Assembly (NCBI RefSeq): GCF_000315625.1
Contig: NW_005434613.1
Coordinates: 430,809-494,808 of the forward strand
From: Guillardia theta CCMP2712
Lineage: Eukaryota; Protista; Cryptophyta
DNA: 64,000 bases
Direction of reading: 5' to 3'
The first letter of the stretch is position 1, and each line of letters begins with the position of its first letter. Below are positions 33,001-43,420 of the stretch, in pieces. A model generated the notes under the pieces. That model worked only from the letters and a program-made list of their open reading frames with translations. It did not search any database and was not told where the DNA came from. The translations under genes and the position numbers were made by a program.

Positions 33001-34087
33001 TCTGATGCATCTCCACAGCAAGTAAATCCTCAAGATGTTGTAGACACAGAATATTGTCTCTCCCCTGTACAAGATGAAGTTCCCATTCTGAACCTCCATG
33101 CCGAACTCTGGAGAGAAAAAGGGGGGAAGATGAGGAACGCAGATCAGCAGTTCGAGCCAGAGCCCTCGGCTTGCAAGCACTTGTAAGAATCCGACCTCTT
33201 TGATCTTGGTATTCTTTGACGATTTCACCCGCAGCCTCCGATTCATCGCAACCAGACGCAGCTGCATGCGGTACATGTAAAAGATCCAGACTGCACACAC
33301 GAAGCTGGAGAAAGAGTTGAGAGCCTTCAAGATGTCGATCTTCCCTGATTTAGGATGCCACCGGTAGATGAGCTCGTTCTGAATGATTGCAAGGAAGGTC
33401 CCAAAGATTCCACTGCAAGCTGCCAACAGGCTGTAAAACCTTCTCTGGGAATCAATATCGTTGCGACGCACTTTCATCTCCACAGCCTTCTCGACGCCCT
33501 TGGAGGTGATGCGATGCATCTCTATCATGCTCTGCGAGAAGTTGGGAGCTGCATACTTGCGATCCTTCAAGCGCGCTCTTCTCTGGTTGGGCGTCTCCCT
33601 TCCATCCTCATCTTTATCCTCCCTTTCTTGGGGTTCTGCGGTGCGGTCCGAGCTCAAGGTCTTGCTGCTCTCCATGTCAGGCATCAGATTGCGCAGCGAC
33701 TGGCGGCGGACGAGGTCTTCAAGGATCGAGAGCCGCCTCTCGATCTCCGGAAGAACCTGCGGGGGGCTCGCCACAACTTTAACTCCAAACAATGTCTCGA
33801 CCTGTTCGATCTCCAACCCAATCTCCTCATCTTTCATACTCTCCCATCTCCTCCAGAGGTGCGAAGGGCGGGATGGGATGCACTCTGCGGTAGCTGCGCC
33901 CATAATTTTCAAGCGAGGAATCATCCAGGTCATGCGCGGTTGTCTCTGTCCACTTCAGCGAAGGGTATTGCTCCGGCTTTCCACCTCTTGCCATCTCCAC
34001 CAGTCGCTGTGATCCCTTCTCAGCTATAGAGACGCTCGTCGTCCATCTACCTCTGGCTCCAGATCTTCCATCGCCTGCATCAAGCAT
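29753..34087 (-). CDS. Small-conductance Ca2+-activated (SK/KCNN-like) K+ channel with two tandem channel modules
   Basis: Module 1: SGIFGTFLAIIQNEL, LWLELLICVPH, RIYLLWR, SDALWAMFITSTS|VGYGDIYAVTLLGR (GYG at 32614-32622). Module 2: GMTGTLFAVAQNEY, RIYLCWR, AIWFILITSTTVGY|GDIVPTTSVSRFVAC. The CaM-binding-like helix LQEKSAQLLQLFWRRRK follows module 2. Confidence 0.85.
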
Positions 34088-34295
34088 TCACATCCCCTTC
34101 AGTTCTCCTCATACCATACCTCCTCTCCATCCCTTCCTCCTCCTCCCCTCCACTTCTCACTTTCTCGCCCCCCTGTGATACTGCCAGGTTGCCCTTTGAA
34201 ACCCTGCACCCTCTTCCCTCTCATCATTACCCTGTCTCTCATGTCTTTCTCTTTCCATTCCCTATCTTTCAGTCTCTTTCTGAATCTGTCTGGTG

Positions 34296-34448
34296 CTAAT
34301 CATCTCTTCCAACGGCCTTTGTCTGTATCTCTCTCTGTCTCTGTCTCTGTCTCTGTCTCTGTCTCTGTCTCTGTCTCTGTCTCTGTCTCTGTCTCTGTCT
34401 CTGTCTCTCTGTCTCTGTCTCTGTCTCTGTCTCTGTCTCTCTCTGCTG

Positions 34449-34497
<49 letters not shown>

Positions 34498-34513
34498 GTC
34501 TCTCTCTGCTGTC

Positions 34514-34572
<59 letters not shown>

Positions 34573-34620
34573 GTCTCTGTGTCTCTGTCTCTGTCTCTGT
34601 CTCTCTCTGGTCTCTCTCTG

Positions 34621-34658
<38 letters not shown>

Positions 34659-34679
34659 ATCATCTCTTCCAACGGCCTT

Positions 34680-34771
<92 letters not shown>
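34296..34771. repeat. (TC)n/(TCTGTC)n microsatellite containing two copies of a ~31-bp unique segment
   Basis: CTAATCATCTCTTCCAACGGCCTTTGTCTGT at ~34296 and ~34656. Confidence 0.9.
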
Positions 34772-34774
<3 letters not shown>

Positions 34775-35539
34775 TGATCTCCTCCCTTGCTTCAATAATA
34801 TATCTGCTTCCGTGCACCACCCCAATGTAATAAGGTCCCCCACCACCCTACCCTTCCATCTTACACCCCATAATTACCCTCAAATCACCCACCCCTTTTA
34901 ATCCCTGTAAACCCACCCACATCGCACCTCCCAATTACCAATTATTCGTTTTTTGTACCCCTACCCAACCCCACCTTCCGGAAGCCGACACCACTCCCCC
35001 ACCCCCAACACGAAAGAATCCTCTTTACCTACCCTATAGCTTACCTCAATATACCCCCTATTTTCCCTCAGGGGTCATGGAATATCTTCAGTCCGGTGAG
35101 TTACTACCGGCACCCTCATCATCCCACCCCCGGTCAAGAAAATTAAAACGTTTTAATCTTTTAGAGCTGAAATCATCAACTTTTTCATCAACTTCGACTT
35201 TCAACCCCAAGGCCTCAGGGGCAGCAAGAGGCACCATCGCCCTCCCAGCTATATACCCTATAGTCGAAATCTCCTACCTTCCCCCCTTCCCCCCAGGCTC
35301 CCTCTCAGGGTCCTGGCTTCCTGCCCTCCCCGCTCCTCACCTTGCAGAGCATCGAAAAGTTGATAAAATCTCCCCACATTTTACAAATGCACATACGGTC
35401 ATTGTTTGAATATAAACGTCAAATCTTCATGTTAAATTTCAAAGCTGTAGGTGCAGAACAACATCATTTCACTCTATCGGAATGACCAGCGCGAAAGCCC
35501 GAGGCCCGGTCACGTTTAGCTGACTAGTAGTACCCCTCA

Positions 35540-35694
35540 ATATCAGCATCAGGGTCACTTTACTCAAAGTTGAGTTAAAGATCAGTACCAGGACAACCAG
35601 GACACCGGGAGAGTCGAGGATCAGAGTAATATCAGCACCAACACTGACGGCACTGATACTGATTTTTAACTTAACTTTGAGTAAATGCTGATAT
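35540..35694. mobile_element. MITE-like foldback element, member of a dispersed intergenic repeat family
   Basis: 33-bp inverted arms at 35559-35591 and 35653-35685 (30/33 identity), plus a perfect outer 10-bp IR (ATATCAGCAT/ATGCTGATAT). The internal motif recurs at 26129-26172 (-) and 40931-40973 (+). Confidence 0.55.
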
Positions 35695-36229
35695 CAGAAT
35701 AGTGTCCGAACTTGAAGGCCTATATCAAGGCGGGGTGTATCTACGAGATGATCTGACTGATTGTCTCAGCGATCTTTCGCCTGAGTCGTCCGGTCGTCAG
35801 CTCAAGGGCGCTGAGGCCCTGTCTGAGGCTTCGCGGCCCGGGGCCGTACGGCCTAGTACTACTAGCTAGTAGTGCGTCACTGTGACGGCCCGATCCGAGT
35901 CTCGCCGCGATCCGATCATTTCGTGACTGCCATCCTGAACCGGGGCATTATTCAAGTTCTAATCCGATCAGCGTCGGAAAGCATCAGCCTACTGAGAACT
36001 CGGAAACTGAATGCATCCTAGAGTGCAATAGTGAAGGAGGAAAGCCAAGTTGGGAGTCGGGGGCCCTAGACGGTAGCACAAGGACGTAGCCATCGACTCC
36101 GATCACAGATCTGTGTCATCAGTCTCATTGCTAGGTAAACTGATCCGGGACTGAAAGCCGGAGGCTCGACCCGCCGGGTGACCAAAACCGTGACAAGCGG
36201 CGGGCCGGCCTCATTCTGAGCGCGGCCTA

Positions 36230-37909
36230 TCAGACCTCGCTCACCCGAATGTTCAAATCTGCAAGATGGGGCTCCAGCAGTGAAAGGACCTGACAACTGG
36301 GTAAGAAGAGCGAGACTCGGGTATGACGCTTACATGTTGCTTCACTGCACTCGACAATCTTGACAGCAGCAACCTCATCTGCCTCCCTGTCAGCTCCCCT
36401 TCCCAAGTGACTGCCGCATGATCGGACCATCTCAATCCGACGAGTCCGTTGTGCCTCCTCGAACCGCTCACGTCGCGAAAACACGTCCTGCAGTGAACTC
36501 GATATCAGAAGGAGGGCAGTTGGGGCAGAACTCGCAGGAGGAGCGAAACTAGGAGGGTGAAAACGACCAGAGTCGAGTAGGGAACTTGATGCAAGGATGA
36601 TGAGCGATATGATTCCGATGAGGGAGAGGAAGTAGAAGAGGCAGATATGATGATGCTCATGTCCACAACGACGACGATGATGTGAGCAATGACCTTGCGT
36701 GGGTTCCACGGACACCTTGCAACGTGCGCATGCGCATCGGAGGCGCAATCTTCAAGGCAAAAAGCGCAGAAACCACATCTGAAGGAAGGAGGGTCAGCAA
36801 GAGAGCGGGAGAGGAGCGCATCACTTGCCCGCATCTCGTGCACTTCAAGGCGCTGCATCCGTCATAATCCACGAAAGCCTGCGAGCACCGAGGACAGGCC
36901 AGCGTGAGGATACGGTCTACTGTGAACTTGACGAGTCGGGATGCCTGCGACACACCTAGTCAGCACAAAGTTGAAGTTGACACTGATGGTCAGCACGTTG
37001 TCCTCGCTCAACTTCCCGCTCTTCTCATCCTTGGCTCTCTTCTCGTCGTCCAACCGCAGGTCTTCAAGGACGCGAGTTTCATGCGCGAGCTCCCGAGCCC
37101 TCAGGTACCTGGAGGAGCGAAGTGAGCAGGAAGTCTCCACTCTCGGCCTAGCGAGACCGTTCGAACGTATCATGGGAGACATGCAGAGCGAGGTCCTTGT
37201 GCGAGAACGAGGAGGAGCAGCCTTCTGCTCCCATCGGACAAACTATCTTGGCCCCGCGAGCCCGAAAAATGTCATTCTCCTCTGACTGCGAGCGAACGTA
37301 GGGGTCCAAGCAGTCGCAGCAGACGAAGTGAGCTCCTCCCGAGCACCGAACGCCCTCCTCCACCCCTTCCTTCACACCCGCTCCCTCCAAACAGATGACG
37401 CACTCTCCTCGGACTGTCCAAGATTGCACGTTGCCTCCTCCGCTTGCCTCGGCGTTCACCGCAGCCGTCGGCACGACCCCCGCAGCGTCAACTTGTGGCC
37501 CTTGAGCGTCTGAGACTTGCTTGCTTGCTGCATCGTCTGGCACTCGTTCCTGATCGTCGTCAGAGCGACAGGGCACACATGATTGCTGCCGATGCTCCTC
37601 CAGCTCTACTCCGCGAACCGGCAGGAGACATCGTTCGCAGGCGACGAAGTCGAACGAGCGCGCGGTCGGTTGAGCTCCATGACGAGGTTCAGCAGGAGCA
37701 CGTTGAGGGACTGCAGGATGAACTGCAGCAGGGGCACGATGTGGAGGGAAAGCAGGAGGACGAAAACGCCCGAGCTGATGGTTCGCCTGCTGTTGCTGCC
37801 CACCTCCGAAGATGAAGTCAGTGGAAGCTTTGATCTGTGCTTCAAGCCGCGCTCTCTTCTCAGCAACGATGGCTGCTTGTCGTGCTCTTCTTGCTTCTCT
37901 GTCCTCCAT
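36230..37909 (-). CDS. RING / RBR-like E3 ubiquitin ligase (multi-exon)
   Basis: RING: CVICLE...CSGGAHFVCCDCL...CPMGAEGC. Rcat-like: CPRCSQAFVDYDGCSALKCTRCG|CGFCAFCLEDC...HAHVARC. Additional Zn finger CERC...HRQQSC. Confidence 0.75.
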
Positions 37910-38396
37910 TCTCCTGTAGCTCCCAACGATCTTGTTCCCCTCCCCTCCCGAACTGCTCCTGCAGACGAAGAAACACCCCTACCCCCTGTATGGCTATGAA
38001 TTACCCCACCCTTTACCCACCCTTGCAGGACAGAGCTGTTTTTGAAATCTTGAGGTCAGAAGGTGTGGAACGCAACGATGAGCATGAGGGAGATACAACG
38101 AGAGAGGGAGAAAGGAGGGGGAGGAAGAAGAGAGGTATGTGGCAGAGAAGAAAAAGTTGTGACGTGAAACAAAAGGTTTAGAATGATGACAGCATGACTG
38201 TTTGCAATGTAAAGGTGTTTACTAAAACCTTCTCCCTAGAGTTAACATCTGCCTCATCAATAATAAAACACGTCTTCTGCACCTATGATAACATGTATTT
38301 TCTCCATCGATCTACAACTCTTTGAATATTCTCCGTCGCATTCTCAACAAACCAGGTGTTCACACATTGACCTCTACACCCCGACAACTTGAAGCA

Positions 38397-39368
38397 TCAT
38401 TCCAAAGCTGGCAAGCTCTTGATAGAATCTGTCACACTTGAAATCACCTGCTCCTCCTCGTGAACAAGTTGTTCTTCGTCATCCTGTTGGGTCTCCCTGA
38501 AGTTATCGATTCTTCTGGAACGAGCGGCACCCAAGTCCACCAGCGTCATCCACAGGTTCGGCACGATCCTCATCAGGTTGGTCGAGTCGTCGTAGGCGAG
38601 CTTGAGGAGCACGACGTCACCCGCAGCAAGCACATCAGCTTGACGATGACACTGATCCATCGCCTCCTTCTCTGGAACTCCGCCTTGGATCAGCTTGCTC
38701 AGCTTGATGACGGACATCTCACCGAAGCAGAACCCAGCACTCAAAAGATCCACAGCGTGCCCGTCCACTTCACAGACACACTCACCGGAGGCAACCCAGT
38801 AAATGTCTTTCCCCACAGTCCCATGCTGCACGATGAGGTCGCCTTCATGAAACCTCTCCACCTGCAGCTTCTTTGCTATTGCCTTGATACATGACTCATG
38901 TACGTGCCTTGCCTTTACCAATGGCGACTGAACCAGCACAGCCATCTTCTCTGACAACGCCATCTCCTCAGCATCACTCAAACCCTTTTCCTCAACCATA
39001 CAAGACCTCGAAGCACAAGATCCTTCCTTCATCTCCAACTTTGCATGGGCACCTGCAGCCACTGTCGTAGCAGGTTCTTGCATCCTTGCTTTCACAGCCA
39101 TGATGTTGTGCATACATTCTGCTCCGTCACTCTCGATCATCACTCTCTTGGCCTGGGGGATGAAACTTATCCTTTCTCGTGAATTTGTTGTATCGAGCTT
39201 CTTCATCCAAGCTGATTGCAATTCATTAAGGGGGAAACATCGTCGGCGCGCGGTTGGGTTTGACCGAATGAGAGTCGACGCGTTGGCAAGTCGCTGTAAA
39301 GCTAGTTTGGCGGTAGGAGACAGCTCCGAGGGATAACTATCTTCAGAAGACTGTGCTATGTCTTCCAT
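38397..39368 (-). CDS. Cyclic-nucleotide-binding domain protein (apparently intronless)
   Basis: LQVERFHEGDLIVQHGTVGKDIYWVASGECVC...LSAGFCFGEMSV...RQADVLAAGDVVLLKL matches the CNB fold. Confidence 0.85.
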   Translation of the reverse strand: MEDIAQSSEDSYPSELSPTAKLALQRLANASTLIRSNPTARRRCFPLNELQSAWMKKLDTTNSRERISFIPQAKRVMIESDGAECMHNIMAVKARMQEPATTVAAGAHAKLEMKEGSCASRSCMVEEKGLSDAEEMALSEKMAVLVQSPLVKARHVHESCIKAIAKKLQVERFHEGDLIVQHGTVGKDIYWVASGECVCEVDGHAVDLLSAGFCFGEMSVIKLSKLIQGGVPEKEAMDQCHRQADVLAAGDVVLLKLAYDDSTNLMRIVPNLWMTLVDLGAARSRRIDNFRETQQDDEEQLVHEEEQVISSVTDSIKSLPALE

Positions 39369-39390
39369 GATGAAGGAAGGATGGATACAA

Positions 39391-39434
39391 TCCACTGATG
39401 GCGAAGATACACTCCACTGATGGCGAAGATACAC
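39391..39434. repeat. Perfect 22-bp tandem duplication
   Basis: TCCACTGATGGCGAAGATACAC twice, just upstream of the CNB gene start. Confidence 0.9.
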
Positions 39435-41149
39435 CCAAAAGCTGGATCAACAATGAAATACCGTCCTGTTCAGTCTTCCTTCCCTCGTGTTGTCCTCAAT
39501 ATTCCTTCAACCTTGCTTCTTGCTGTCTTGAACGCTATCCTGTCCTCTCACGTATATCTACACTTCCCTGGCTCCCTTCCGTTCTATCCTGTGCTCGCCC
39601 TTAGGGGCAAACTCTTTGGGAACATTTCTGGTTTGGGGGTGGGGTGTTTATTTGGGGGTAGAGGGTAGTGTCATATGTGAAACAGTGGGGTGAATAATAG
39701 TATAGTGGACGGGTGATTGGGGAGAATCTGTAAGGGGGGTGGGTGGTTTAACTAAAAGCCGGGGTGAGCGATTGATGAAATTTGAGTGAGAGCGAGTGGA
39801 AAAGGTTTCGGTGGGGTGTATCGATCAAAGGGGGGGTTCGTTGATACTAGGGTAGAGAATCAGAGTACAATGTGTGGGTGATCCGTGGTTAAAAGTAGGG
39901 TGTGGGTAGTTGTCCGGATGAACCACTCAGGGGGTAGGGTGACTGCGATCAAGTGGTTATGTAGTAAATTTGAAGGGGTCTGGGTGGCATCCGTGCCGGG
40001 AAGAGAGTGTAACACATGGGCCAGCAACAATCAGCAAGGGTGGGTGGGGTAGTTGTGAGCCGGTGAAAAGGGAAGAGTAGGGGTAGTGAACCCTTCGAAA
40101 GGGGAATCTTGAGCTAGGGGTGGAAGAATCTAAAACATTTTATGGGAGTTACACATGACTTACCAGTCAAATGACCGGGTGGTAGGAAGATCACCAGTTG
40201 AAGGGTACATGATACTGTAAGGATCCAGGGGCAATGATGCCAAGAAAGAGAGGGGGTGGGGTGGAGGGTGGCATCCGGACGCCTTTACAAATAGGTTTTT
40301 GATTTCGCAGTACCTTACGACTGCGAGGAAACAGTCGGGTATAGAGGGGGACGGGGTGGTAGAAATTTATCAGACCTCCTCCCCAGTTTGTACCCCCAGA
40401 AGCCCTAGGGGTGGCCCTTGAAACCACCGGTCCTTGTAAAAGTCTCTTTTTTTTTGGGAATAAGCTGCATACTTGTCAGCCATTGTTATGCAGATACACG
40501 CGAGATCCTATAATTATACTATAAACTATATAATTATGTATATTTGTCATAATATTATGTCCAACGTCATATCTAGCCTCGGCCCCCCACTCCTTGAAAT
40601 ATAAAAGTATTTTTACTTGGCACGTCCTGCCGGTACCGATAGCGCAAACATGTACTACCACAAATACAATTACAGTACAGAGAATCTGCTATTTGTATTA
40701 TCCTCTTCTGTTCCCAGTACCAATATTATGTACCGTGGTACTGTGCTCATCAAATCGTATAGTTTTTGGTACGGGCCCTCATCCACCTGCCAGTGGACAG
40801 ATTCCACCCCCGTGCCCAGTGGATCACGCCGGGTCATGATTATGAAAGTATCTCACTGTCTTTGACTTCTGTCTGTGCCATTGGGGCTGACGACTTCTCT
40901 GTTACTCAACTCAACGCTAACAAGTTACCAATCAGAACGAGGACAACTTGCCAGGACTCGGGAGAGTCGAGGAGGCTTGACGGAGGCCTCACTGTCCGAT
41001 TACACACGCAACTGTACGGCGGGAAGACTCTCGGATAAGAGAGAGAGCCAACCTTGACAAGGGCTATGCGCCACGGATAGTGAGGGGTCAGTCGTACTAA
41101 ACAAGAGGGCCCTTACGGTCACATTCAGTTCACTACTGCGGCCAGTAGC

Positions 41150-42861
41150 TCAGAAATAATCTCTCCATGTTCGCACAGGCAGCCCTCTCATAAACTTCCC
41201 CTTCCACAGCAGCCTTCCCTTCTCGTCCCACATGCTCCCCTCTCCCTCCATCCTCCCTTCCTTCCACCCGCCCTTGTACGCCGCCTGCCCGGACTTGTAG
41301 AAGAGAACACCCGACCCATCGAACTGCAGGCGGAGGAAGCTGCCCCAGTAGAGGAGGTGGGAGGAGAAGGGATAGCTCATGACGTCCTCATACTTCCTTG
41401 GCATAGACTGCGGGCAAGGGGTCAGGAAAGCGGAAAGGAGGTGGGGGGAAGGACGGAGGAGAAAAAGAGTGTCTGAAAGTAGGAGGAAGAAAAACGAGCC
41501 AGAAGAGGATGATGATGATGATGATGACAAGCACGACTGCAATGACGATGGCGATGGTGGTGGTGGTGGTGATGCTTAGGAAAGCACAAACATGACAAGG
41601 ATGATGACGATGCTGACCAGGAGGGGGAGGGTAAGGGATGGGATGGGGATGACGTGGGGGGGACAAGGACCTCGACACGACGGAGTTGATGGAGGAGGTT
41701 CCGGGCGTCGGAGCATTTTGGGTCTTTCTCCATGAAGACCTGAGAGCAGGAGGAAGGGAGAGGAGGGACTTCAGTCTGCACCTTGACGCGTTTTGCAAGG
41801 GTCAGGAGCTTCTTCATGCGCAGCAAGTTCTTGTGAGTCTGCGAGGATAGCGCTGCTTGTGGGATCTCGGTCTGAAGGGCCTGCGGTGCTGTTGAGCCAC
41901 TGTGGAGATGGAAACAGGGAGCTGGGGAGGTTGAGAAGGAAGGAGGAAGGAGCCATTAGGGAAGGAAAGGAGGGGTGAGAAGGGGAAGGAAAGTAGCAGT
42001 GTGTGGAACATACAAGGCGGAGAACGAGGATGAAGAAATGCAGGAGGAAGCGGTAGAGGTGAAGTAGGATGAAACGGCGTGATGGAGAGGAGAAGAAAGT
42101 GGAAGGGACATCCATGTTACCTGAAGTGCGCTATCATGGTGAAGAGGAGTGAATTCAATGCCGTTCTTTTCCTCTTGTTTGCTGCGCTGACGCATCAACG
42201 CCGTTGCGATGCCCACGGGCAGGGCGAGAAAGTTCGACTTGTCGAGCTTTGCTTGCGAAGATGCTGACAAAGCATTCCAGTGAGGAGATGCATAGCAAGG
42301 AATAGGAAAATGAAAAGGAGGAAGTGGAGGAGGAGGAGGAGGATCAGCTTTGGAAGACAACCATGCCCAGGGCGGGAAGGACGAAGGAGCAGGAGGTGTA
42401 TGGAGAGGAGAGCAGAAAGAGCATCTTGTTGAGGGGGTACCACCTGACTTGATCCCAGCAGGAGGGTGTTGCCCGGGAGGAAGAGTCCAGTGGAAGGAGG
42501 AGGGGACGGACATTCCCGGTCCGGGAAGCACACCTCTCTTCTGTGACCAGCGACCCAGCACTGCTCTCCCTCCATTGCTGCGCCTTCCTCCTCCCATCCA
42601 AGTCTCCACGGAGTTGCGGGAGGTGTCCAACCCGTGGAGGACTTTAGCTTGTCCAAGAGCAGCAGCAAACTTTGAGTTGGATAGCATCACGAAATGATCT
42701 ACCACTATCCCGATCAGCACAATGGCTGCAATGAGCCAGACAAAGGAAGAGCGGAGGATTCGGAGGAAGAGAGGAGGAGGGCAGCATCTGACAAGCTTCT
42801 TCTGATCGTTGCTCGGTGCCTCTACGTCGGCATGCGCCCAGGTAGCTTCGAACTTTTGCAT
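41150..42861 (-). CDS. MORN-repeat-containing protein (multi-exon, 5' end uncertain)
   Basis: Last exon YWGSFLRLQFDGSGVLFYKSGQAAYKGGWKEGRMEGEGSMWDEKGRLLWKGKFMRG is MORN-like. Confidence 0.65.
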
Positions 42862-43420
42862 TGCACAGGGACGGTCAGTCCTCTACGCAGTGACGTGCCA
42901 TGCCCTGTAAGGATGCGCTTAGGATAGAGGAGGATCAAGAGGAGAGGAGACTCTTGCAGGCTCAGGCACGAGGCAGGAAATGGAGATACGATGGTTGAAC
43001 GAGAGGGGAGGAGGGGGGGGGGGGGAGGAGGGAGGGAGCGAGGGAGGGAGGGAGGGAGGGAGGGAGGCAGGGAGAGAAATGCTCAGTTAGGAAAAGGATC
43101 TAAGAGGGCGAGGAAGCCCGCATCAGAGAATTTCTGGATAGGGTTGGGTACTTCAAGTACGGGTACATTTATGGGCAAATAATGGGGTACTCACAACATG
43201 GTAGTGGGTAGTGAAGAGGATGGGTGGTACGGCTATTTCGGCGTTTCATGGCTCAAGAGCCTGAAGGCTGGACTGGAAGGGAGGAGGAGAGCAAGAGGAG
43301 CGATAGCAGGAGTTGAGACTCGCGACGATGAGGACGAGGATGATGATGATGATGAGGATGATGGCGATGATGCTGAGGATGAGGGTAATTTCGAACTACG
43401 AAGGTGGAAGTAGGGGATAC

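Noticed and set aside
34175-34901. SLSL/RERE ORFs
   Set aside because: Translations of (TC)n/(TCTGTC)n microsatellite.
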